A DNA stretch of 58,353 nucleotides from positions 1 through 58,353 of the forward strand of contig CAYLWJ010000137.1 of assembly GCA_964387355.1 (NCBI GenBank). Reading direction: 5' to 3'. This document shows positions 21,297 through 31,642 of this stretch, in pieces. The notes beneath the pieces were generated by a model that was not told the DNA's origin, did no database searches, and was given only the letters and a program-made list of their open reading frames with translations. The position numbers were made by a program, and so were the translations under genes. This DNA comes from an uncultured Actinomycetota bacterium (GTDB lineage Bacteria; Actinomycetota; Humimicrobiia; Humimicrobiales; Humimicrobiaceae). How positions within the stretch are numbered: the stretch's first letter is position 1; every line of letters starts with the position of its first letter.

Positions 21297-21980
21297 TTAA
21301 ATAATTTTCTTCTTTTTTAGAATTAGCAAAGTCATACTTTTAACATAATTAGAAATACTGTCTATATCCATCCCTGCATCAATAACTTTAATTCTTTTAC
21401 TAAATTTTTTTGCAAGCCAAAGATACCCATCTTGTATTTTTTGTTTAAAATCATTTTCTTCAAACTCTATCCTGTCACGTATCTTATCTGCTATGCTGTC
21501 TATTCTTTTTTCACTTTCATTTACATTAATTGAAAGTAAAAAAGTTATGTCAGGGACCAATTTTTTTGTTGCCCAAAGACTCATCTTATAAATATCTTTT
21601 ACTGCAAGCCCTCTAGCAATTCCCTGGTAAACAATTGTTGAATCAAAAAAACGGTCACAAATAACAACTTTTTTTTGTTCTAATGCAGGCATTATTACTT
21701 TTTCAACAAGCTCTGCTCTAGACGCCAAAAATAAAAAACACTCTGCAAGTGAAGATATGCCTTTAAATTCAGGATTTAATAAAATTTCCCTAAGACTTTC
21801 TCCTAATTTTGTTCCCCCAGGTTCTCTTGTTAAAACTGTTTCAACTCCTAAATTAATTAGATATTTATTTAAAAGCTCTATCTGGGTAGTTTTTCCAGAA
21901 CCATCAATTCCTTCAAAAGTAATAAAAACACCTTTAATTTTTTTACTAACATTAAAACTATTAAAATTTCTATTATTCAT
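21297..21980 (-). CDS. tmk: Thymidylate kinase
   Basis: FEGIDGSGKTT, TREPGGT and CDRFFDSTIVYQG motifs. Confidence 0.96.
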   Translation of the reverse strand: MNNRNFNSFNVSKKIKGVFITFEGIDGSGKTTQIELLNKYLINLGVETVLTREPGGTKLGESLREILLNPEFKGISSLAECFLFLASRAELVEKVIMPALEQKKVVICDRFFDSTIVYQGIARGLAVKDIYKMSLWATKKLVPDITFLLSINVNESEKRIDSIADKIRDRIEFEENDFKQKIQDGYLWLAKKFSKRIKVIDAGMDIDSISNYVKSMTLLILKKKKII

Positions 21981-22089
21981 AATTTTTATCCTTAAAATTA
22001 ACCAAACTATTTAAAATTCTAACTTTTAAATTTATATTTTAACATGTTTATATATTTGTTAAAATTATCATAAAATAAATAAAAATATT

Positions 22090-22974
22090 ATGAATAAAGA
22101 AAAAATAAAAAAAATTTTTAAAACTTTATCTTTTAACCTATTTTTCAAATCAATAAGTTTTTTACTGCTGAATTTAGTTTTGTTTTTATTTTTGTCTCTT
22201 ATTTTAATATTAACATTAACTTCATGCGACCCAACAACACTTGATATTTATACAAAAATTAACTCAAATTCTTCAGGAACTAGAACAATAGATATTGCAG
22301 TAAAAACAAAATATCTTCAAAAAGGTGAAATCACTCTTTCAAAAAGTGAATCAATATATGATAAAATACTTTCAATTCTTCCGAAAAGTAAGATTGAAAC
22401 TTTTGAGCAAGAACAGTATACCCATTTTAAATCAACAGTTGATTTTGATGATATAAATTTCTTGCCACATGTTTCAATAGATAATTTTTCTGAAACACCA
22501 CCTGAAAGATTTTATGCAAAAATGGAAATAGAAGACCATTTTTTTTATAGTTATTATTATTTTTATGATTATGTTGATATGAAAATAGATGATTCGCTTG
22601 TCAAATCACAATCACCAAATGGAGACTTTGCAAGACTTGCGAGCTTTTTTGGAAGCGATGAAGGTCTTTTAAAAATAACATACCAAGTTAAATTTCCAGT
22701 AAAAATTATTAAGTCTAACTCTGACTTAATTGGTGATAATAATATTGCAATCTGGAATTTGAAATTTGGTCAAACAAAAAATATTTACATTGAAGGAAAA
22801 AGAATAAAATACTTAACATATATTTTATTAGTTGTTCTTGGTCTTATTGGAGCCTTTATAATTTTTTTAATTGTGGTTCTTTCAATAAGTAGAAGAAGAA
22901 AAAGAATAATTAAAAAAGATAGGCCTCGTTATTTATATGACAGTTATTTTAAAAAAGATGATTATTTTAGATAA
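22090..22974 (+). CDS. Hypothetical lipoprotein with C-terminal TM anchor (possibly LppM/DUF3153-like)
   Basis: Lipobox LTSC; C-terminal TM followed by a basic RRRKR tail; family is a tentative guess. Confidence 0.6.
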   Translation: MNKEKIKKIFKTLSFNLFFKSISFLLLNLVLFLFLSLILILTLTSCDPTTLDIYTKINSNSSGTRTIDIAVKTKYLQKGEITLSKSESIYDKILSILPKSKIETFEQEQYTHFKSTVDFDDINFLPHVSIDNFSETPPERFYAKMEIEDHFFYSYYYFYDYVDMKIDDSLVKSQSPNGDFARLASFFGSDEGLLKITYQVKFPVKIIKSNSDLIGDNNIAIWNLKFGQTKNIYIEGKRIKYLTYILLVVLGLIGAFIIFLIVVLSISRRRKRIIKKDRPRYLYDSYFKKDDYFR

Positions 22975-23584
22975 TTTTCTTAGTTTAGATAGTTTTAACA
23001 ACTGGATAAAATTAAATACACCTTTAACACTAAGTAAATTAAAGGAGTTAAAAGCAGGTGACGCTGTTTTATTATCAGGAAAAATTTTGAGTGCAAGAGA
23101 TGCTGCACATAAAAAAATTGTTTCTGTTCTAGAAAATAAGAATAAAAATTTGGAAAACAACAGCTCAAATAAAGATTTAAAGCAAAAACTACCAATTAAA
23201 AAACTACCAGTTAATCTAAAAAATCAAGTAATTTTTTACATGGGTCCTTCTCCTACTCCACCTGGTAAAAATAGCGGAAGCATTGGACCAACAACGTCTT
23301 CAAGAATGGATATTTTTACTGAACCTATATTAAAAGCAGGAGCAGCCGCAACTATAGGCAAAGGTAAAAGAAGCCAAGAAACAAAGGAGTTGTTTTTAAA
23401 ATATAAAGCTGTTTATTTTATTGCGCCAGGCGGAGTTGCAGCTTTACTTGCAAAAAAAGTTAAACAAATAAAGCCAATAGCTTATCAAGAACTTGGACCT
23501 GAAGCTATTTACTGTATTGAAGTTGAAAATTTGCCAGTATTTGTTGCTTACGATATTTATGGAGGAGATATTTTTATTAAATGA
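22937..23584 (+). CDS. Fe-S hydro-lyase beta subunit (class I fumarase/tartrate dehydratase C-terminal part)
   Basis: ARDAAH, GPTTSSRMD, IGKG and ELGPEA motifs; true start may lie a few codons downstream. Confidence 0.9.
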   Translation: MTVILKKMIILDNFLSLDSFNNWIKLNTPLTLSKLKELKAGDAVLLSGKILSARDAAHKKIVSVLENKNKNLENNSSNKDLKQKLPIKKLPVNLKNQVIFYMGPSPTPPGKNSGSIGPTTSSRMDIFTEPILKAGAAATIGKGKRSQETKELFLKYKAVYFIAPGGVAALLAKKVKQIKPIAYQELGPEAIYCIEVENLPVFVAYDIYGGDIFIK

Positions 23585-24443
23585 CTGCTTCTGCTCTTCT
23601 AGTTGAATGACATCCAAAAAATACAGCAAAAGGCATTGTAGCCATATGACAAGGTAAAAACTCAATATTACATGCAAGCGCAGTTGTTTTACCTCCTAAT
23701 CCCTGAGGTCCAATACCAGTTTTGTTAACTGCAGAAAGTATTTTATTTTCTAAATTAAAGTATCTTTCATCAGAATTTCTTATATTTAAATTTCTAAAAA
23801 CTGCCTTTTTTGCAAGGTTTACAACAAGAGAAGCACTTCCACCAATTCCAATCCCTATAATTATAGGTGGACATGCTTTTGTTGCATTTTCTTTTACAAG
23901 CGCCACAACAATATCTACTATATCTTCCTGGGGTGTAAAAGGGTTAAGCATATAAAGCCAGGAACAATTTTCACTTCCGCCACCTTTTAAATTTACCTCA
24001 ATTTTTAATCCTTCAGAATTTTTATACTCATAATTTATTATTGCAGGCAAGTTAGTTTCCGTATTTTTTCTATCATATAAAGGATCTGTTACAATTGACT
24101 TTCTTAAATAATAATCTTTATAAACTTCAAAAACTGCTTCATTTAATAATTTATCTAAGTTTGAAAAATCACTTGAAGATAAATCATTAATTATACATAT
24201 ATCTTGCCCAAACCCAACATTTATGTACACATTTCCACAATCCTGGCATAAAGGCAGCTTCTCTTTTTCTGCAATCGCTGCATTCTTTAATATCATCTCA
24301 AGAATTATTTTAGCTCTTTGATCTACTTCTTCTTTAAGAGCTGAATTAACAGCAAAAATTATGTCATCAGGCAAGGTAAAATTTGCTTTAATCAGCAGTT
24401 GCTTTGTCTTCTTTTTTATTTCTGAAGTTTTTATTTTTCTCAT
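23577..24443 (-). CDS. Fe-S hydro-lyase alpha subunit (class I fumarase/tartrate dehydratase N-terminal part)
   Basis: PLCQDCG, KGGGSEN, ACPP, GIGPQGLGG and CHSTRR motifs; start moved to ATG 24443 (MRKIKT). Confidence 0.88.
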   Translation of the reverse strand: MRKIKTSEIKKKTKQLLIKANFTLPDDIIFAVNSALKEEVDQRAKIILEMILKNAAIAEKEKLPLCQDCGNVYINVGFGQDICIINDLSSSDFSNLDKLLNEAVFEVYKDYYLRKSIVTDPLYDRKNTETNLPAIINYEYKNSEGLKIEVNLKGGGSENCSWLYMLNPFTPQEDIVDIVVALVKENATKACPPIIIGIGIGGSASLVVNLAKKAVFRNLNIRNSDERYFNLENKILSAVNKTGIGPQGLGGKTTALACNIEFLPCHMATMPFAVFFGCHSTRRAEAVI

Positions 24444-26466
24444 TTTTTCCAGGACATTCGCTATTAATACACAAATCCCAAGGTTTTCTTCCTTTAACAA
24501 TTACCTTAACTATTGGATAACCACAATGCTTGCATAATTCTTTTGCAGGAATAATCATTCCTTTTTGCGGTAAAGAAAATGTTTGAGTGCATTGAGGGTA
24601 ATTGCTGCAACCTATAAATCTTTTTTTTGTCTTTCTAGAAACTCTGATCATTAAATTACCGTTGCAATTTTTATCTACACATGAACCAATGATTGTATCT
24701 TCTTTAATTGCTTTTTTTATTTCCTGTGATATTTCTGCTTTACCATTTTCTAATTTTACCATTACCTCTTTTAACATCCTTCTTGATTTTTCAACAACTT
24801 CCTCTTTAGTTTTTTCACCTTTAGCAATATTGTCCATATCAATTTCAAGCTCTGAAGTCATCTCAGGTGTTGATATCCTTTCTGCATGTTTTTGAAGAAT
24901 CTTAACAACAGCAATTGCCTTTTCAGATGGGACTAAAGGGTTGCCTCTAATATAACCCCTGCTAATTAAATTTTGTATAATTGTATGCCTTGTGGCTTTT
25001 GTCCCAAGCCCAAGTTCCTCCATCTTTTCAACAAGCTTGCCTTGAGTAAAGCGTGGAGGAGGTTTAGTTTGACTTTCATTAAGCATTCTGTCTATGATTT
25101 CAAGGATTTCGCCAACCTTTACTTCAGGTAAAATAATATCTTCATGTTTATAATAAGGATAATGCTCTATCCATCCAGCCTTAATAACATAAGAGCCACT
25201 TGCAGTAAATATTTCGCCTTCAACATCTAACTTTATTGTTATGCTTTTCATTTCGGCAGGTGGAAGCAATGTACACAAAAATCTCCTACACACCAGCTCA
25301 TAAAGCTTGTACTCATCTTCACTTAACTTATTTGGCTCAGCTGCAGAAGTGGGGTAAATTGGTGGGTGGTCTGTAGTTTTTTTCTTCCCCTTTGTAGGAA
25401 TAATTTTCTCTTGTGCCAAAACATCTTTAACAGCATTCTTAAAATCAGATACTCCACTTAACATTGAAGCAACTTTAGCCAAATCTATTGAATTTGGATA
25501 AACTGTGTTATCTGTCCTTGGATAGCTTATATAACCATTCATATAAAGATTTTCTGCAGTGCTTATTGTTTTAGCAGCAGAAAAACCAATTGAATTAGCT
25601 GCTACAATTAAACCTGTTGTATTAAATGGTATTGGGGGTGAAATACTTTTAATTTTTTCAGAAATATCAATTATCTGGGCATTATTTGTACTTCCTATTT
25701 TTTTAAAAACTTTTTCTGCTTCTTCTTTTTTCAGAAATTTCTTTTTATAATGCGTTGCCTCAAATATCTCATCTTTAGAAGTCTTCAATTTTATATTTAT
25801 TACCCAAAAAGGAGTAGGTATAAAATTTTTAATTTCAAGCTCTCGTTCCACAATTAAGGTTAAAGTTGGAGATTGTACTCTCCCAACAGAAAGAAATTTA
25901 TCTTTAACCTGATAAGATGCTAAAGAGATAAACCTAGTTAAAACTGCACCCCAAATTAAATCAATGTCCTGCCTTGCTCTTCCAGCAAATGCCAAATTTA
26001 CATCTATCTTATCAGGATGCATGAAAGCATTATTAATGTCTGTTTCTGTAATTGCAGAAAATCGAGCTCTTTTAACATTAGCTACCTTATTTATCTGTTC
26101 TATTACTTTCCAAGCATCATAACCAATAAGCTCACCTTCACGGTCATAGTCTGTTGCAATAATTACTTGGTCAATTTTTTCTGCAATCTTTTTTAAAGCC
26201 TGGATTATTTTTTTATGAATTGGCACCTTATCTATTGGAGCATAGATTAACTCAACTGGATCAATCTTAAACCAATTGGCATATTGCTCAGGAAAATCTA
26301 CTTTTAATATATGGCCTTGAAGCCCTATTACTGCACAATCATCACCATTAAATTTTATATACCACAAAGGAACACCATATATTTTTTCTTCAGTTATTCC
26401 GTTACCTGAGAGTATTTTTGCAATTCTTTTAGCTGCTATTTCTTTTTCACTAATAACAAGTTTCAA
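24388..26466 (-). CDS. topA: DNA topoisomerase I (type IA) with C-terminal Zn ribbons
   Basis: ISEK, ATDYDREGE, SVGRVQSP and YISYPRTD (catalytic Tyr); AGGAGG precedes TTG at 26466. Confidence 0.93.
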   Translation of the reverse strand: MKLVISEKEIAAKRIAKILSGNGITEEKIYGVPLWYIKFNGDDCAVIGLQGHILKVDFPEQYANWFKIDPVELIYAPIDKVPIHKKIIQALKKIAEKIDQVIIATDYDREGELIGYDAWKVIEQINKVANVKRARFSAITETDINNAFMHPDKIDVNLAFAGRARQDIDLIWGAVLTRFISLASYQVKDKFLSVGRVQSPTLTLIVERELEIKNFIPTPFWVINIKLKTSKDEIFEATHYKKKFLKKEEAEKVFKKIGSTNNAQIIDISEKIKSISPPIPFNTTGLIVAANSIGFSAAKTISTAENLYMNGYISYPRTDNTVYPNSIDLAKVASMLSGVSDFKNAVKDVLAQEKIIPTKGKKKTTDHPPIYPTSAAEPNKLSEDEYKLYELVCRRFLCTLLPPAEMKSITIKLDVEGEIFTASGSYVIKAGWIEHYPYYKHEDIILPEVKVGEILEIIDRMLNESQTKPPPRFTQGKLVEKMEELGLGTKATRHTIIQNLISRGYIRGNPLVPSEKAIAVVKILQKHAERISTPEMTSELEIDMDNIAKGEKTKEEVVEKSRRMLKEVMVKLENGKAEISQEIKKAIKEDTIIGSCVDKNCNGNLMIRVSRKTKKRFIGCSNYPQCTQTFSLPQKGMIIPAKELCKHCGYPIVKVIVKGRKPWDLCINSECPGKNEKNKNFRNKKEDKATAD

Positions 26467-26479
26467 GAAATCCTCCTGC

Positions 26480-26550
26480 AATTTAATCTGATAAATTAAG
26501 TCTGATAAATTTAATTTGCTAAATTAAGTCTGCTAAATTAAGTCTTGCTA
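26480..26550. repeat. Degenerate 14-bp tandem repeat (about 5 copies) upstream of topA
   Basis: Units aatttaatctgata, aattaagtctgata, aatttaatttgcta, aattaagtctgcta, aattaagtcttgcta. Confidence 0.8.
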
Positions 26551-26829
26551 AATTTAATTATAAGTTCATTTAATTTATTTAAAAAACTTCTAATTTACGT
26601 CTTCTAATTTATTTAAAATTATAAAAATTATATTATTAATTTTGGTAATGCCATTTATACCATATTTATGTAAAAAATTGTCGTAAATAACTTGTTTCAA
26701 TATTTACATTATTTTTATATAATTTAATGGCAAGCTAAAGTGAATACTATTAAAAAGAAATAAAAAAAGCAATATTTAAATTTAGTCAGGTTTTTTCTGT
26801 TTTAAAATAATTAAAAAAGCGAGCATATA

Positions 26830-27744
26830 GTGAATAAAAATATAAATATAATCGATAGAATTTTAAAGCTAAAACTGGAAAAGAATGCTGTAATACTTGC
26901 TCATAACTACCAAATAGATGAAGTTCAGGATATCGCAGATTTTGTTGGAGATTCATTACAGCTTAGTATTGAAGCATCAAAAACAAAAGCTGATTTAATA
27001 GTATTTTGTGGAGTTCATTTCATGGCTGAGACAGCAAAAATAATATCTCCACAAAAGAAGGTTTTAATCCCGGATGCCAACGCAGGCTGTCCTATGGCTG
27101 AAATGATTACTGCAAACGACTTGACTGATTTAAGAAAGCAATATCCTGATGCTGTTGTTGTATGTTATGTAAATTCTACTGCTGAAGTTAAAGCATTAAG
27201 TGATATATGCTGTACTTCATCAAATGCAGTAAAAGTGGTTAACTCTATCCTCGCTGAAAAACAAATAATTTTTATTCCTGATAAGTACTTAGGAAGTTAC
27301 GTACAGTCTCAAACAGGCAGAAAAATGATTCTCTGGAATGGTTATTGTCCTACACATGTAATGATAAATGTTAAAAGTATTATAGAGCTTAAAAAATTGC
27401 ATCTTGATGCTGAAGTTCTTGTTCATCCTGAATGTAGACCTGATGTAATTGAAATCTCTGATAAAGTTTTATCAACAGGACAAATGCTTTCATATGTTAA
27501 AAGTTCAAATAAAAAAGAATTTATAATAGGAACTGAAATTGGGATAATACATAGATTAAAAAAAGAAAATCCAGAAAAAATATTTTATCCTGCACTAAAA
27601 AATGTTATATGTCCAAATATGAAATTAATTAATGTTGAAAAAATACTATGGGCTTTAGAAGAAGAAAAAGATGAAATTACCTTAACTCAAGAAATAATTC
27701 AAAAGGCAAGGTCTTCAATTGAAAAAATGCTTGCACTAAGTTAA
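26830..27744 (+). CDS. nadA: Quinolinate synthase
   Basis: LAHNYQ, FCGVHFMAE, GCPMA, YVNS, CPTH, HPEC and CPNMK motifs. Confidence 0.96.
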   Translation: MNKNINIIDRILKLKLEKNAVILAHNYQIDEVQDIADFVGDSLQLSIEASKTKADLIVFCGVHFMAETAKIISPQKKVLIPDANAGCPMAEMITANDLTDLRKQYPDAVVVCYVNSTAEVKALSDICCTSSNAVKVVNSILAEKQIIFIPDKYLGSYVQSQTGRKMILWNGYCPTHVMINVKSIIELKKLHLDAEVLVHPECRPDVIEISDKVLSTGQMLSYVKSSNKKEFIIGTEIGIIHRLKKENPEKIFYPALKNVICPNMKLINVEKILWALEEEKDEITLTQEIIQKARSSIEKMLALS

Positions 27745-27746
27745 AC

Positions 27747-29597
27747 ATGTTTTTAAGATACTTAATTAACCCTAAAAACGCAACCAAAATTTATGATTGG
27801 TGTGATTGCATAATTATCGGAAGCGGAATTGCAGGGCTTTCTACTGCAATTAGAATCTCAAAACAATTTAACGTAAAAGTACTTACAAAAAGTAACCTTT
27901 CTGAATCAACAACATGGTATGCCCAAGGTGGAATTGCAGCAGCTATAAAAAAGCCTGATTGGTGGAAAGTCCATTACGATGACACTATAGAAGCTGGACA
28001 AGGATTATGTGACAGCAAAGCTGTAAAAAAACTAGTAAGAAATGCGCCAAAGATGATTGAAGATTTAATTGAATTTGGCATAAATTTTGATATATCTGGA
28101 GGAGAAATCAGTTTAACAACAGAAGGAGGACATTCTCATCCAAGAGTTCTGCATGCTGGAGGAGACGCTACAGGTGAAGAAGTTGAAAAAAAACTTGTTA
28201 AATTCTCCAAAAACTTTACAAGTATTCAATTTTTTCCAGAATATTTAGTTATAGATATATTAACATTTAATAGTAAGGTCATTGGACTAATAGCGCTTAA
28301 TCTTAAAAAAAATATTTTGGAAATTCACCCAGCTTCAAACATTGTAATAGCAAGCGGCGGCATAGGGCAAATTTACGAAGTTTCAACAAATCCGCCAATT
28401 TCCACAGGAGATGGAATTGCAATGGCTTTTAGAGCTGGCGCTTCAATTAAAGACATAGAGTTTATTCAATTTCACCCAACTGTTTTTAAAACAAAAGACG
28501 GGCATTTATTTTTAATCACAGAGGCTTTGCGGGGTGAAGGTGCATATTTAAGAGATAAAAATGGCAAAAGATTTATGTTGGGAAAACATCCTAAAGCTGA
28601 ACTAGCACCTCGAGATGTAGTTGTTAGAGAAATGGTAAAAGTTATGAATGAGCAAAACATTGATTATGTTTTTTTAGACGCAACCCATATTCCCGAAAAA
28701 AAATTAAAGATTAGGTTTCCAAATATAATATTAAAGCTTAAAGAAAATGGACTAAATTTATTTACTGATTTAATAAAAATTTTTCCAGCAGCCCATTACT
28801 TAAATGGAGGTATTAAAACTGACTTAAAAGGAAAAACAGACATAGTTGGACTATATGCTTGTGGTGAAACAGCTGCTACTGGCGCACACGGAGCTAACAG
28901 GCTTGCAAGTAATTCATTAATTGAAGGACTGGTATATGGATGGGAAATTTCAAAAGATATAATAAATAAATGCAGTAAAAAAAGTTCTCAAAGCGCTCAA
29001 AACTCAAAAAAATTCAACCGTTATTTTAAAAAGCTTCTTGAAGATATCCCAACCACCAGCATATTAACTGATAATAAATCAAGTTTAAATTTAGATTTTA
29101 TTGAGAATCTAGACGAACAAATAAGTGAATTTAAAAAAATTATGAGTAAAAATGTAGGAATTTTAAGAGACAAGAATAGTCTTGATTTAGCAGAAAAATA
29201 TATAATAAAAAAGTTAAAAGAAATTAATTACAATATAAGTCATTACAATATAAGTAAAATAAATGATATAAAGAAGAATGATAAAATAAAAAGTATAGAT
29301 AATATAAATATAAATAATATAGATATAGAAGATAATATAGATGATAATATAAAAGGTAAAAATACAGATATTCTTAGAATATTAAATAAAAATAATAAAA
29401 ATAACAGCATTCTAAAAAATCTATTAGAGTTTATAAATATGCTTACAGTAGGATATTTAATTACTAAGGCTGCAAAAACAAGAACAGAAAGCAGAGGAAC
29501 TCATCTTCGAAATGATTTTCCAAATAGAGATGATAAAAACTGGAAAAAACATATAATTTTAAAAAATGACTTAGTAATGTATGAATCTGTAACTTGA
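27747..29597 (+). CDS. nadB: L-aspartate oxidase with low-complexity insert
   Basis: GSGIAGL, AQGGIA, QFHPT, TEALRGEG, ELAPRD, HGANRLASNSL and ESRGTH motifs; between nadA and nadC. Confidence 0.95.
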   Translation: MFLRYLINPKNATKIYDWCDCIIIGSGIAGLSTAIRISKQFNVKVLTKSNLSESTTWYAQGGIAAAIKKPDWWKVHYDDTIEAGQGLCDSKAVKKLVRNAPKMIEDLIEFGINFDISGGEISLTTEGGHSHPRVLHAGGDATGEEVEKKLVKFSKNFTSIQFFPEYLVIDILTFNSKVIGLIALNLKKNILEIHPASNIVIASGGIGQIYEVSTNPPISTGDGIAMAFRAGASIKDIEFIQFHPTVFKTKDGHLFLITEALRGEGAYLRDKNGKRFMLGKHPKAELAPRDVVVREMVKVMNEQNIDYVFLDATHIPEKKLKIRFPNIILKLKENGLNLFTDLIKIFPAAHYLNGGIKTDLKGKTDIVGLYACGETAATGAHGANRLASNSLIEGLVYGWEISKDIINKCSKKSSQSAQNSKKFNRYFKKLLEDIPTTSILTDNKSSLNLDFIENLDEQISEFKKIMSKNVGILRDKNSLDLAEKYIIKKLKEINYNISHYNISKINDIKKNDKIKSIDNININNIDIEDNIDDNIKGKNTDILRILNKNNKNNSILKNLLEFINMLTVGYLITKAAKTRTESRGTHLRNDFPNRDDKNWKKHIILKNDLVMYESVT

Positions 29598-29643
29598 TGT
29601 AAAACTAATAAAAAATACTTACAAAACACTTATAAATACTTAC

Positions 29644-30522
29644 ATGGATTTAAATTATAGAACAAATTATAAGTTAATAAAAAATGAAATAATTCAGTTA
29701 ATTAGAAATGCAATCGATGAAGATTTGCAAGGCTATGGTGATATTACATCAAAATACATTATTCCTGACAGCAGTATATCAAGCGCTTATATAATCTGTA
29801 AAGAAAAAGAAGGCGCAGTTTTATGTGGAATAGACATTGTAAAATACGTGTTAGAGGAAATTAATTTATCCATTTCTTTTAACAAAAATAAAAATGACGG
29901 AGATTTTTTAAAATATAAAGAAATGGTGTGCAATATTTCTGGACCAACTAAAGATTTGCTTGCTGCCGAAAGAACATGTTTAAATTTTCTACAGCATTTA
30001 AGTGGAGTTGCAACAATAACATCTAAATTCAGCAAAATTACATCTAAATATAATATAAAAATTGCTGATACAAGAAAAACAAAACCTGGATTAAGAAAAA
30101 TTGAAAAATATGCCGTTTTTTGTGGCGGTGGTTATAATCATAGATTTGGTCTTTTTGACGGTATTTTAATTAAAGATAATCATATTATTGCAGCTGGTGG
30201 AATAAAAAATGCAATTGAAAAAGTTCGTCCACATATTCCTCATCAATTAAAAATTGAAATTGAAGTAAAAAACCTTAATGAACTTAAGGAAGCAATAAAT
30301 TCAAAGGCTGATATTATAATGCTAGACAACATGAGCCCTAAAGTAATGTCTGAAGCTGTAAAAAAAATAAGAAAAAGTCTTCCTGATTGTATTATTGAAG
30401 CTTCAGGAAATGTCAGTTTAGAAACAGTTGAAGAAATATGTAAAACAGGAGTAGATATAATATCATGCGGATTTATTACCCATTCTGCAAAGGCTATTGA
30501 TTTTTCAATGGAGTTTACCTAA
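29644..30522 (+). CDS. nadC: Nicotinate-nucleotide pyrophosphorylase (QPRTase)
   Basis: DTRKT, NHRFGL, IKDNH, IMLDNM and EASG motifs. Confidence 0.96.
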   Translation: MDLNYRTNYKLIKNEIIQLIRNAIDEDLQGYGDITSKYIIPDSSISSAYIICKEKEGAVLCGIDIVKYVLEEINLSISFNKNKNDGDFLKYKEMVCNISGPTKDLLAAERTCLNFLQHLSGVATITSKFSKITSKYNIKIADTRKTKPGLRKIEKYAVFCGGGYNHRFGLFDGILIKDNHIIAAGGIKNAIEKVRPHIPHQLKIEIEVKNLNELKEAINSKADIIMLDNMSPKVMSEAVKKIRKSLPDCIIEASGNVSLETVEEICKTGVDIISCGFITHSAKAIDFSMEFT

Positions 30523-31386
30523 TTTTTTTTTAATTTCAGGAATTTTTCTTTCAGCAGCAATTCTTCCAGCCTGAATTATTTTTTCACTTTTTGCAAAATC
30601 AAAAAACCCAAATTCACCAACTCTTGGTTCAATTAAAATATTAGCTTTTTGAGCATAACTTTTGACCATTTGAGAATGCATTATGCTTAAACTTTTATCC
30701 AATATTGTTTGAATTGACAGTTTTTTTAAGTCTTTATCATTAAGTTTTGTGTCTTTAAGCTTTAATTTTTTTTCATTAACCACTAAATTTTTTTTATTTT
30801 TTTTATAGTCTCCATAAAAAGATTCTCTCTCAAAACTTATCGAAGATGCTATTATAAAATTACAATTAAATATTTGTATTGCCTCAGTAGGCAGAGGTTC
30901 AAGAACACCGCCGTCAACCAAAAGCCCGCCGTCCTTATAAACAGGGGCAAAAATACCAGGAACGGAAATTGAAGCTCTAACAGCCTCTTTTAGGCTGCCG
31001 CTATTTATCACATGTTTTTTGCCCGTTATAATATCAACAGCTACACAGCAGAAAGGTATAACACAGTCATCAAAAGTTTTATTCCCTAAAAATTTAGTTA
31101 ACACCTCATCTACTCTTTTATCATTTAATACCCCAGCTCTTGAAAGACCAAAAGCTGAAAACAATAAAAAACCTCTCCAGTCGGTTGTTTTTATAAAATT
31201 TATAACTTCTTCAAGATTTATTCCTAAAGAATAAATAGCTCCAATAATTGCACCCATGCTACAGCCGCTAATAGCACTAAATTTTACTCCCAATTCTTCC
31301 AGAACCTGCAAAACTCCAATATGAGAAATACCTCTTGCAGAACCCCCACTTAAAGCAATACCAATTTTTCTTTTTCCAAATATCAT
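30505..31386 (-). CDS. Patatin-like phospholipase (RssA/NTE family)
   Basis: LSGGSARG, GCSMG (GxSxG) and DGG motifs. Confidence 0.92.
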   Translation of the reverse strand: MIFGKRKIGIALSGGSARGISHIGVLQVLEELGVKFSAISGCSMGAIIGAIYSLGINLEEVINFIKTTDWRGFLLFSAFGLSRAGVLNDKRVDEVLTKFLGNKTFDDCVIPFCCVAVDIITGKKHVINSGSLKEAVRASISVPGIFAPVYKDGGLLVDGGVLEPLPTEAIQIFNCNFIIASSISFERESFYGDYKKNKKNLVVNEKKLKLKDTKLNDKDLKKLSIQTILDKSLSIMHSQMVKSYAQKANILIEPRVGEFGFFDFAKSEKIIQAGRIAAERKIPEIKKKLGKLH

Positions 31387-31494
31387 AATGATATTATTAT
31401 ATACTTGTTTTAAGAACTTTGTTTATTTTTTTTATATAGTATAATAAAATAAAAATTAATAAATTAAAAAAATAAAAAATAATTGTTTTATATT

Positions 31495-31543
31495 TACCCA
31501 AATTAGAATTGTTGAATTTATACCCAGATTAAAATTGTTGAAT
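31495..31543. repeat. 26-bp-period direct duplication upstream of the transglycosylase
   Basis: tacccaaattagaattgttgaat followed by tacccagattaaaattgttgaat. Confidence 0.75.
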
Positions 31544-31642
31544 AAGCACACATTATAATTTTAATTAAATAAAACTTTACAAAATATAGTTAAGATTAAA
31601 TTGTACGATTAAAAATAACTTAAACATAATTACTATTAAATA

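Noticed and set aside
26640..26829. NrtR/NiaR/Rex operator upstream of nadA
   Set aside because: Only a half-site-like TTTAGTCA, with no palindromic partner
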